Shown here: positions 1-7,122 of the stretch, piece after piece
How the letters are laid out: each line of letters opens with the position of its first letter
Numbering within the stretch: position 1 is the stretch's first letter
DNA from: a virus
Taxonomy: Duplodnaviria > Caudoviricetes
Strand: one strand, 5' to 3'
IMG/VR virus record: IMGVR_UViG_3300021197_000270
Location: 1-55,098 of that record
DNA: 55,098 nt
The notes under the pieces: model-generated
Seen by the model: only the letters and a program-made list of their open reading frames with translations
What the model was told of the DNA's origin: nothing
The model's database searches: none
Position numbers and translations under genes: made by a program

Positions 1-40
1 TGCATGTTGTCCTATGTGGGTGTAATGTCGTAGGACATTA
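1..40 (+). promoter_or_regulatory. Copy of the repeated early-promoter core TGCATGTTGTCCT, truncated by the window edge
   Basis: CATGTTGTCYT recurs at 1584, 2746 and 4833, each upstream of a gene with an ATGGAGG RBS. Confidence 0.55.
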
Positions 41-63
41 ACCAGCCAATGGAGGGCTAGACA

Positions 64-285
64 ATGACTAAAACTAAATTTATCCGCGCCGGTGAGTTCA
101 ACAATCTTGAATTGAAAGCGCAACATGACATGGCCAAAGAGATGGTCAAGGCATGGACGCAAACCAAGGCGGATATTGAGGCGGAGGCAATCGCGGCGGA
201 CATTGCATACAAGCAACCGCAAGATTTCAACGTCAAAGCCAAGGCGGCATATGTGCAGACGCGCATGATGTTCACTTGGAAATAA
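64..285 (+). CDS. Hypothetical early protein (73 aa)
   Basis: ATG with GGAGG RBS; GC hairpin at 293-316 follows. Confidence 0.75.
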   Translation: MTKTKFIRAGEFNNLELKAQHDMAKEMVKAWTQTKADIEAEAIAADIAYKQPQDFNVKAKAAYVQTRMMFTWK

Positions 286-341
286 ACTACAAGGCGGCGG
301 CATCATGCCGCCGCCGCAACCTAGCCATGGAGGGCTAAACA

Positions 342-587
342 ATGACTAAAGAACGTAAACTACCTTTTGATTGTATTGTCGGGGATATTCCGGAGACAAT
401 CCAAAACCCATTCAGTGGAGATAGCATAACCATTCCGGCGGACGCCGTGGCGGTTTATGACGTAACCATGGGTTATAATCATATCGCTGAAAAATCCGGC
501 AATCCCAAGCATTGGGATATTGTCCGGAAAGGCCTTGATTGGTTCCGGAAGCATGAACCAAAAGCCTATATGGTTCTTCTAGACTAA
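342..587 (+). CDS. Hypothetical early protein (81 aa)
   Basis: Initiation region nearly identical to that of 64..285. Confidence 0.8.
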   Translation: MTKERKLPFDCIVGDIPETIQNPFSGDSITIPADAVAVYDVTMGYNHIAEKSGNPKHWDIVRKGLDWFRKHEPKAYMVLLD

Positions 588-772
588 TGGTTAGGTTGTT
601 CTTTGTGCTAGCAGGATTATTCCTGCTAGCTACAGCTCATTCACTGTATGGTTTGACCACAGTAATGAGCATGGACGTTGATAGCATTATCAGGCTATCG
701 CTTATCGTACACGCTGGCGCGGCGTTCTATTGCGCTGGCGTCTTGCATCTAATCAAGAGAGGGCAGAGATAA
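587..772 (+). CDS. Small membrane protein, two hydrophobic segments
   Basis: TAATG coupling at both ends; hydrophobic stretches. Confidence 0.65.
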   Translation: MVRLFFVLAGLFLLATAHSLYGLTTVMSMDVDSIIRLSLIVHAGAAFYCAGVLHLIKRGQR

Positions 773-981
773 TGAAGTATCAGATAAAGCAATATAACAC
801 GCCTAACCTACCGCGTGATTACTATGTTGCGGATGAAGACGGCAACAAGCGGACGGATCCAACGCCGCATTTAAGAACCGCAGAAATGATGATGCTGGTT
901 CAGCAACAAGTAAATGATGGCAAGTATCGGTCGCACGCGGAATGCGAGGATATTTTCGCGGACATGGCGGAGATGCTATAA
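772..981 (+). CDS. Hypothetical protein (MKYQIKQY...)
   Basis: TAATG overlap at 772; ends just before a terminator. Confidence 0.7.
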   Translation: MKYQIKQYNTPNLPRDYYVADEDGNKRTDPTPHLRTAEMMMLVQQQVNDGKYRSHAECEDIFADMAEML

Positions 982-984
982 CAA

Positions 985-1013
985 GAGGGGCGGAGCAATC
1001 CGCCCCTTTTTTT
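985..1013 (+). terminator. Intrinsic terminator
   Basis: AGGGGCGGA-GCAA-TCCGCCCCT stem followed by a T run. Confidence 0.85.
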
Positions 1014-1089
1014 GTGCCTAGATTTTATATGCTATAGTCTTACTCCTATAGCAGAGGGCGGCGCCCATAGTCGCCACCAGTATCACCAG

Positions 1090-1133
1090 TCCCGAACCCG
1101 ACCCGACCCGAATTATAGCGAACCCGACCCGAA
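1090..1133 (+). repeat. CCCGA(A/C) repeat cluster 1
   Basis: cccgaacccgacccgacccgaa...aacccgacccgaac directly upstream of a promoter. Confidence 0.85.
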
Positions 1134-1140
1134 CATTTAG

Positions 1141-1169
1141 TTTGTTTTGTGTTTGTTAATGTGTATAAT
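1141..1169 (+). promoter_or_regulatory. Sigma70-like early promoter
   Basis: TATAAT at 1164-1169 with a T/G-rich -35 region. Confidence 0.65.
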
Positions 1170-1254
1170 CATTCTTGTAGGGAGTCGCGATGACCGCCGA
1201 CCAGTGATGCGAACAGCTCTCCCTACTCTTTTTAACCTGTCTATGGAGGACAAA

Positions 1255-1524
1255 ATGGAAGTAACAATAATCGCAGATAACGGACACGCATGGGGCATCG
1301 TATCAGTAGAACAGTTAAAGGCAGCGCGCCTGTCTATTGATGACATTAGCGACTATTCATACAAGACGCCCAATGGTGAGATACTAGCATTGGAGGAAGA
1401 TTGCGATCTTCCAAAGTATTTAAACAAACTGGAGAGTATGGGCACGACATTTAGTCTTCGTGACAATTATATCCCAGACGAAGATCATCCGGATAATCCT
1501 AGAACATGGAACAGGATTAGATAG
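1255..1524 (+). CDS. Conserved phage hypothetical protein (D.GH.W...IS.YSY...LEEDCD)
   Basis: ATG at 1255 with ATGGAGG RBS; recognisable phage motif. Confidence 0.8.
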   Translation: MEVTIIADNGHAWGIVSVEQLKAARLSIDDISDYSYKTPNGEILALEEDCDLPKYLNKLESMGTTFSLRDNYIPDEDHPDNPRTWNRIR

Positions 1525-1540
1525 TTCCTCCATAGGACGG

Positions 1541-1568
1541 AAAGAGCGGCAGAAATGTCGCTCTTTTT
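1541..1568 (+). terminator. Intrinsic terminator
   Basis: AAAGAGCGGCA-GAAA-TGTCGCTCTTT plus T run. Confidence 0.8.
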
Positions 1569-1570
1569 GT

Positions 1571-1599
1571 TTGTGTTATGTCTCATGTTGTCTTATAAT
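1571..1599 (+). promoter_or_regulatory. Sigma70-like early promoter
   Basis: TTGTGT-17 bp-TATAAT containing CATGTTGTCT. Confidence 0.75.
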
Positions 1600-1629
1600 C
1601 TTATTATGCAATAACCTATGGAGGAATAG

Positions 1630-1845
1630 ATGCATATGAAAGAAATGTTAAAGAACATGGGATTCCATGTAGTCAACACAGGCGGAGGATGCCAAGGATA
1701 TGAATTATCTCTGCCTAATGGTTTATCCATTCTTGTCACAGATGGCGAAGCGCAGATAACAGACGATGTTAATGTGAAGCCTACCATCGTTTTTGAAGAT
1801 GGGGAAAATGGCAAGTATGTAGTTGTTGAAGGGAGTGTTGTCTAA
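1630..1845 (+). CDS. Hypothetical protein (NTGGGC motif)
   Basis: ATGGAGG RBS, downstream of promoter. Confidence 0.75.
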   Translation: MHMKEMLKNMGFHVVNTGGGCQGYELSLPNGLSILVTDGEAQITDDVNVKPTIVFEDGENGKYVVVEGSVV

Positions 1846-2069
1846 TGAGCAATGGTTCTTTTGAAGACTACTACAAGAAATTAGTAGGCTGGACAATCAC
1901 AGCCTACCGCGAAGAGGAGGATGAGTTTGGGGGAGACCCAATGCCCATTTTCACTCTTACCAAACCAAAGTTTGCACCATTGGAGATGGTTATCTTGTGT
2001 GACCCTGAAGGCAATGGCGCTGGTTTCGCAGACTACTATCATCCTGAGGAGGAAAAGAAACATGCCTAA
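1845..2069 (+). CDS. Hypothetical protein (DPEGNG.G motif)
   Basis: TAATG coupling. Confidence 0.75.
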   Translation: MSNGSFEDYYKKLVGWTITAYREEEDEFGGDPMPIFTLTKPKFAPLEMVILCDPEGNGAGFADYYHPEEEKKHA

Positions 2070-2520
2070 TTGGTGTCAGAATGTAATCTATGTGTCTCAT
2101 GCAGACAAAAACAAGATGGTGGCGTTGAAAGACGCCATCATCAATGGCGAGATGTGCGACCATATCAAACCCATGCCAGAAGCATTGAAGGATACAACAT
2201 CTCCTTCAGACTCTCCTAATTGGTATGATTGGGCGTGCGATAATTGGGGCACGAAATGGGATGTCTGTTCGCCATGGGATACAGATGAAATCTATAGCGA
2301 TGAGAATGGTGAGACATATGTGTTCAAGTTTGACACAGCATGGTCGCCACCAATCCCTGTATATGATGAGATGATTAAACAGGGATTCAATCTAGTCGCC
2401 AAATATGTGGAGTATGGCATAGGATACCATGGCGAGTATTCCATAGATGGGGATTTCTATCACAATGAAATACAGGATGGGGATGAGATAGACGAACATC
2501 TCCAATCTGAATACGCATAG
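2062..2520 (+). CDS. DUF1281/YubB ferredoxin-like family protein
   Basis: MPNWC.N, WYDW...NWGTKW and FDTAWSPP motifs. Confidence 0.8.
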   Translation: MPNWCQNVIYVSHADKNKMVALKDAIINGEMCDHIKPMPEALKDTTSPSDSPNWYDWACDNWGTKWDVCSPWDTDEIYSDENGETYVFKFDTAWSPPIPVYDEMIKQGFNLVAKYVEYGIGYHGEYSIDGDFYHNEIQDGDEIDEHLQSEYA

Positions 2521-2524
2521 GCAG

Positions 2525-2557
2525 GTGGGGCTGGTTGATGCCAGCCCCATCCTTCTT
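2525..2557 (+). terminator. Probable terminator
   Basis: GTGGGGCTGG/CCAGCCCCAT stem after the stop codon. Confidence 0.65.
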
Positions 2558-2589
2558 GACTCCAGTCACTGACTCGAGTATTTTTTTGT

Positions 2590-2646
2590 TTCTAGTCCTC
2601 CATACTAGAAGTGGCGCCCAGGGCCTAGCCCTGGGCGTTTTTATTT
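2590..2646 (+). ncRNA. Candidate ~55-nt small RNA with anti-SD loop CCUCCAU
   Basis: TTGACT-17-TATTTT (2556-2584); 7-bp stem TTCTAGT/ACTAGAA with loop CCTCCAT; GC terminator 2614-2638 plus T run; no ORF. Confidence 0.6.
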
Positions 2647-2647
2647 G

Positions 2648-2725
2648 TCCCGAATCCCGAACCCGACTCGAGGCAGCTGCTGCTGCCCGACCTGGTCACC
2701 TGTCCTGGTGAACCCGAACCCGAAT
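2648..2725 (+). repeat. CCCGA repeat cluster 2 with CTCGAG, CAGCTG and CCTGG sites
   Basis: cccgaatcccgaacccgactcgag...cctgg...cctggtgaacccgaacccgaa. Confidence 0.85.
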
Positions 2726-2732
2726 CTTTTTG

Positions 2733-2761
2733 TTGTGTTGTGTTGCATGTTGTCCTATAAT
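2733..2761 (+). promoter_or_regulatory. Sigma70-like early promoter
   Basis: TTGTGT-17 bp-TATAAT containing TGCATGTTGTCC. Confidence 0.8.
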
Positions 2762-2788
2762 GTTTAAGTAAACTATGGAGGTTACAAA

Positions 2789-3391
2789 ATGCTTAAAATA
2801 TCAAACATGACAGGCAAACTTGCCGGATTCAAAGCGTTGAATACAAACACGCTAACGAATCCATATTGCCAAAAAATGAATGCTGTTGATGATGACAACA
2901 TCATTTGCAAACATTGCTATAGCGTTGAGATGCTGAACGGATTACGCAAAAATTGCGCTCCATCATGGCAACGAAACAGCGACACGCTATCGGGCGGATT
3001 GATTCCCCCGCATATGTTACCGACAATCCTAGACGCATTTTTCAGGTTTTCCGGCCATGGCGAATTAATAAACCTGACTATGCTGGAAAATTTCCACAAC
3101 ATCACGTTACACAATCCGCATTGCTCTTTTGCATTGTGGACAAAGCGCAAGGGCTGGATTCGCAAATTTTACAGCCAGCATGATAAGCCGGCAAACCTGA
3201 TTCTTATCTATAGCAACCCGCGCATTGACGCGGTAATGGACAACCCGCCGGCGTTCTTTGACCGGACATTCAACAACGTATCACCGGACAGTGACGCGCC
3301 ACAAAATTGCACCGGCCAAAAGTGCCGCGATTGCTTGCTATGCTATACGCCAAACAATGGCGTTACTCAAATTGTGGAGGCAGTGAAATGA
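2789..3391 (+). CDS. GP88-like Cys-rich (radical-SAM-like Fe-S) protein
   Basis: C...CKHCY, FRFSGHGEL, FALWTKR and C-terminal C...CxxCxxCY pattern. Confidence 0.6.
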   Translation: MLKISNMTGKLAGFKALNTNTLTNPYCQKMNAVDDDNIICKHCYSVEMLNGLRKNCAPSWQRNSDTLSGGLIPPHMLPTILDAFFRFSGHGELINLTMLENFHNITLHNPHCSFALWTKRKGWIRKFYSQHDKPANLILIYSNPRIDAVMDNPPAFFDRTFNNVSPDSDAPQNCTGQKCRDCLLCYTPNNGVTQIVEAVK

Positions 3392-3531
3392 ACAAAGAAG
3401 ATATCATCATGCATATAAAGCACATTGTCGTTGAACAATGCGAAAAGGAACCGGAAGAGCGGGATATATTCGCAGCCTTCGGCGCCCTGATCGACAAGAT
3501 CGAGGACAGCATAAAGGAGGAGCAGGCCTAG
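3388..3531 (+). CDS. Hypothetical protein (47 aa)
   Basis: ATGA overlap and GGAGG RBS. Confidence 0.6.
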   Translation: MNKEDIIMHIKHIVVEQCEKEPEERDIFAAFGALIDKIEDSIKEEQA

Positions 3532-3546
3532 GCCTGCTTTTCTTTT
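3521..3546. terminator. Palindromic terminator at convergent gene junction
   Basis: Perfect palindrome AGCAGGCCTAGGCCTGCT followed by T-rich tail. Confidence 0.65.
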
Positions 3547-4046
3547 GCCTCGAGCCCAGGTTGCTGTAACCCTGGTACTGGGGCACCAGTCCCCAGCTGC
3601 TCTTGAGCCGAATCCCCGACTCCCGAACCCCGAAGCTGCTCCAGTACCGATTCTAAGTGCTTGATCCCCGACTCCCGAACCTGGTGCCACAGGTCCTGGT
3701 GACCCGAACCCCGAAACAAGTGCCCCGAACGTAGGCCATTGCGCCCGATTTCAAGGCTCTGGGCGCCCTCAAACAAAATTAGGTCACCCGAAGAGAGGTG
3801 CTTAACCAAGATGAATGACAAGCCGCCATTACGCGAATACGCGGTATTCCACGCTATTTGCTGTGGGGACAGGCGAACAGAATTGTTTTTAGTTGTTTTT
3901 AATTCTATCCAGAATACAAGCCCAGACCATGCAAAATGTACGTCAGGCACGCCGCCACCATGGCGGTTCTCAATCCGTGTTGGATAACAGTTCTTCGGCA
4001 GATTCCTGCGGACGGTGTTCCAAAAGTTCGCCTCCGGTGTCGGCAT
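3528..4046 (-). CDS. VRR-NUC/Holliday-junction-resolvase-like PD-(D/E)xK nuclease with repeat-encoded C-terminal tail
   Basis: RIEN...GVPDV...FWIELK...LSPQQIAW. Confidence 0.8.
   Translation of the reverse strand: MPTPEANFWNTVRRNLPKNCYPTRIENRHGGGVPDVHFAWSGLVFWIELKTTKNNSVRLSPQQIAWNTAYSRNGGLSFILVKHLSSGDLILFEGAQSLEIGRNGLRSGHLFRGSGHQDLWHQVRESGIKHLESVLEQLRGSGVGDSAQEQLGTGAPVPGLQQPGLEAKEKQA
3608..3730 (+). repeat. CCCGA repeat cluster 3, including an exact 18-bp direct repeat
   Basis: ATCCCCGACTCCCGAACC at 3612-3629 and 3664-3681. Confidence 0.85.
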
Positions 4047-4548
4047 CAGTTATCTCCTCATACTCGCCTTCGATGAAGGCTTGGGGATATTCTCGCCGGA
4101 GTTGAGATAAACGAGCGGTGATCTCTTCACGCGATAGATCGTCCAACTGATGGATTTGTTCTCGCCTGTCTACGGTCAAGCCACCAAGGGCGGATCGTAT
4201 CTTCTCAGCATTGATCGCGGCTGAGAATTGACCAGCCTCTTCTGCGCCGGACGATAGTTCGTGCAAGCGTTTGAGTTGACCTGTTACGGTCACTCCATAT
4301 CGCCGTTCTCGTTCTTCTCTTAACTCTTGGATATAATCGACTAGCTGGGGGAACTTCTTGCCTGCCAAAAGGTGGCCTGCAATGGACGCAGCACTATTGG
4401 TTGCGTAGCCAGCTTTTCTAGCGCACTCCGCATTGGAGTATATACCTTCAACATAGTAACGAGCGAACTCACGCTGACGGTTCGTCAGTTTTCGTCCAGT
4501 CTCGGCCTCTATGTCATCTGCAAGAATATCTGTCTTCTTGTTACACAT
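3970..4548 (-). CDS. terS: Terminase small subunit
   Basis: N-terminal LT.RQ..F...Y......N...AR.AGY HTH typical of Terminase_2. Confidence 0.75.
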   Translation of the reverse strand: MCNKKTDILADDIEAETGRKLTNRQREFARYYVEGIYSNAECARKAGYATNSAASIAGHLLAGKKFPQLVDYIQELREERERRYGVTVTGQLKRLHELSSGAEEAGQFSAAINAEKIRSALGGLTVDRREQIHQLDDLSREEITARLSQLRREYPQAFIEGEYEEITDADTGGELLEHRPQESAEELLSNTD

Positions 4549-4819
4549 GTCACACTTCTAACGCAAAAAACGGGGTTTTTGAAGTTTTTTCGTGCCTGTG
4601 GATAACTCATTGTTTTCTGATATGTAGTCTTATAGAGTCTCCAAAGTGTAACAAGTGTAACAAAAAAGCCGGGAAGTGTGCCAAGGTCAAACCCTTGCCA
4701 GCCGTGGATCACAGCGATCCGTGTTACACTTGTCACACTTGTCACACTACATTTGAAACTTTTTCAAAACTTTTTTTCCAGCAAAAAAGGTGTAACAAAT
4801 GTGCCAAATGTGCCAAGTG
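4538..4819. repeat. Array of 9-mer AA(G/T)TGT(A/G)(A/C)C-like repeats in both orientations; candidate origin or pac region
   Basis: aagtgtaacaagtgtaacaa (4644), tgttacacttgtcacacttgtcacact (4722), gtgtaacaaatgtgccaaatgtgccaagtg (4790), with A/T tracts between. Confidence 0.8.
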
Positions 4820-4821
4820 CA

Positions 4822-4850
4822 TTATGTTGTTGCATGTTGTCCTCTAGTAT
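4822..4850 (+). promoter_or_regulatory. Promoter for the accessory operon
   Basis: TGCATGTTGTCCT core; TTATGT-17-TAGTAT possible. Confidence 0.55.
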
Positions 4851-4885
4851 GTAATAACAATTAATTATCAGTAATGGAGGACGAT

Positions 4886-5065
4886 ATGCAGGAAGTACAG
4901 GAAAGGATCGTGGTTCAAGGGTCACGCATTGAGTACGCTATTTATTGCGATTGGTGTTGTGGTCATGGGTACGAGCCTACTGAATATATGACGGTTGAGC
5001 CATGTGCCGAGTGCCATGGTTCGGGTTTCAAGTTTCAACATGTAGTGGAGGCGAATAATGGATAA
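4886..5065 (+). CDS. Small DnaJ-type zinc-finger protein
   Basis: Two CxxCxGxG motifs (CDWCCGHG, CAECHGSG); ATGGAGG RBS. Confidence 0.7.
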   Translation: MQEVQERIVVQGSRIEYAIYCDWCCGHGYEPTEYMTVEPCAECHGSGFKFQHVVEANNG

Positions 5066-5330
5066 GGCAACGATGCAAAAACTTATGGATGATGCACGAG
5101 GTGGATACACTCGTGATCAGTTGCAGGATATTTTTGACGAGGTTTGTGATCCAGACAATTGGAAGGATTGCATTCAAGCGGTTATCCCTGCGTCTGATTT
5201 TGATCGTGCCGATAAAGCGGTTTGTTATTTCACCGGAGGCGGTTTGGAGATCGTTAAGCAGTTTCAAAGTGATGGCGAAATTTTTTATGACGTTTTTGGT
5301 CACGGTTATTATGTGCATATAGGAGCATGA
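5058..5330 (+). CDS. Hypothetical protein
   Basis: GGAGG RBS, overlapping operon structure. Confidence 0.75.
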   Translation: MDKATMQKLMDDARGGYTRDQLQDIFDEVCDPDNWKDCIQAVIPASDFDRADKAVCYFTGGGLEIVKQFQSDGEIFYDVFGHGYYVHIGA

Positions 5331-5515
5331 TTATGGATAAGTTGATTTCAATATCTTTAACCGCGAAGCAGTGGAATGTTTTGGAGGTGGCTCTGGATCG
5401 TTTCATTGAGGATCAGGTTGATGATGGTTCGGATGAGGCGAAGCTCTATGCCGGACATGGGAACATCGTGAAGATTTTAATGCAGAAAGTATTGGAGGAA
5501 GACAATGGGAACTAG
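5327..5515 (+). CDS. Hypothetical protein
   Basis: ATGA overlap. Confidence 0.65.
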   Translation: MIMDKLISISLTAKQWNVLEVALDRFIEDQVDDGSDEAKLYAGHGNIVKILMQKVLEEDNGN

Positions 5516-5948
5516 AGCGATTTACATTTTTGAAGATGAGCATGACCACGTTGGAAGACCAGACGAGGTTTACGTTTACAAGCATTATGACAACTACCCA
5601 GAAGGTGCGGTGGATTTCATTGAGAACGCCAAGGAGTTCGCATGGGAGTTGCCACGGTTTGAGGCTGACGAGTTTGCGGCATCGTTTGTTGCGGCGAACA
5701 AGGATCGGAAGGGTGGCGGCATTCGTTTGGTCAACGCGAGTTTCAAGGATCGTGATGAGATGTTGGAGGCCAATCATTGGTGCGACTATCATTATGTGAT
5801 CTCAAAACATAACAGCCAAGATTTGTGGATTGAGATTTGGGACAGCCGTTATGACATGGATTCGGATGATACGGCTTGGGTTTTGATTGACGAGTTAACG
5901 CATACGGAGATGAAGGAGAAATACGGTGAACGTGCTATCGCTGTTTGA
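5505..5948 (+). CDS. Conserved hypothetical protein (MGTRA...H.D.YP family)
   Basis: N-terminal motif common in phages; GGAGG RBS. Confidence 0.75.
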   Translation: MGTRAIYIFEDEHDHVGRPDEVYVYKHYDNYPEGAVDFIENAKEFAWELPRFEADEFAASFVAANKDRKGGGIRLVNASFKDRDEMLEANHWCDYHYVISKHNSQDLWIEIWDSRYDMDSDDTAWVLIDELTHTEMKEKYGERAIAV

Positions 5949-7122
5949 CGGAATGTCATGTGGGAGGCTGGCTCTTGAAAGGGCTGGCTTTCCTATCCAC
6001 AACTACTTTGCCAGCGAGATCGACAAGTATGCGATTGAGGTGGCGAGAGCCAACTATCCTGACACGGTGCATCTGGGTGATGTAACCACCGTAACCACAA
6101 AGCATGGTCGTCTTTTTTACGAGGATGAAAACGGTGTTGGGTGTGGCGCGGACATTGATCTGTTGATCGGCGGCTCACCCTGTCAGGGATTTTCGTTTGC
6201 CGGCAAGCAACTCAATTTTGACGATCCGCGTTCCAAACTTTTCTTTGAGTTCGTGCGGCTGTTGAAAGCGTTGAAGCCAAAGTATTTCCTGTTGGAAAAC
6301 GTCAACATGAAGAAAGAATATCAGGACGTTATATCTGACCTTCTGGGATGCAAGCCTATAGACATCAACTCAAACCGTGTAAGCGCGCAGAATCGGCGCC
6401 GTTTGTATTGGACGAACATTCCAGTCAAGTCCTTGCCGGAGAACAAGCATATCTATTTGAAAGACATCTTGGAGGATGGGTTCACGGATCGGGATAAGTC
6501 GCATTGCATAGACGCGAACTACTTCAAAGGCGGCAATCTGAAATCGTATTTTCAGAAGAACCGCCGCCAGCTTGTGTTTGATTTTGACGATCAGACGGAA
6601 GACGGCTTGCAGTTGGCTGGTGAGGCAGACCTAAAGGGTCACGGCTACAATCGCCGCGTCTATCATCCGGATGGCAAGGCGCCAAGTTTGTGTGCGAACT
6701 CTGGCGGCAATCTTGAACCAAAAGTCGTGGTGGTAGGTGAGGCCGAGGGCAATTCGTTTTATCAGGAGCGCAAGGTTTATGATCCGGAGCACAAGAGTCC
6801 AACTCTTACCGGCCAGCGGTCAAGCAACGTGCCAAAGATTCTTCAAGTGCCAAGGGGCAAGAACCAAGGTGGTATAAAAGCGGAGGATGGGAAGGTTCCC
6901 ACGTTGAGCGGATCGTCATGGGAGCATAACAATTTCTTGGCGGTTGATGGTATGAAGTGGCGCAAGTTGACGCCCATTGAATGTGAGCGGTTGCAGACCG
7001 TGCCGGACAACTACACCAACCATGTGTCGAACACCCAGCGTTATCGGATGTTGGGCAACGGCTGGACGATTGACGTAATCTGTCATCTGCTAGGGGGCAT
7101 GAAGGATGCTGTCGATCAGTAA
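5926..7122 (+). CDS. DNA (cytosine-5)-methyltransferase
   Basis: Motifs LFDGMSCG, GSPCQ, ENV, QNRRR, R.LTP.E.ERLQ, LGNGW. Confidence 0.95.
   Translation: MNVLSLFDGMSCGRLALERAGFPIHNYFASEIDKYAIEVARANYPDTVHLGDVTTVTTKHGRLFYEDENGVGCGADIDLLIGGSPCQGFSFAGKQLNFDDPRSKLFFEFVRLLKALKPKYFLLENVNMKKEYQDVISDLLGCKPIDINSNRVSAQNRRRLYWTNIPVKSLPENKHIYLKDILEDGFTDRDKSHCIDANYFKGGNLKSYFQKNRRQLVFDFDDQTEDGLQLAGEADLKGHGYNRRVYHPDGKAPSLCANSGGNLEPKVVVVGEAEGNSFYQERKVYDPEHKSPTLTGQRSSNVPKILQVPRGKNQGGIKAEDGKVPTLSGSSWEHNNFLAVDGMKWRKLTPIECERLQTVPDNYTNHVSNTQRYRMLGNGWTIDVICHLLGGMKDAVDQ

Noticed and set aside
3367-3690. Minus-strand 107-aa GSG-rich ORF
   Set aside because: Alternative frame of the CCCGA repeats, overlapping two better-supported genes
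1090-3730. CCCGA clusters or promoter repeats as a CRISPR array
   Set aside because: Repeats are short, irregularly spaced and lack constant-length spacers; no cas genes
4509-4745. Minus-strand 78-aa ORF with VTSVT/VTLVT repeats
   Set aside because: By-product of the 9-mer DNA repeat array; no convincing RBS
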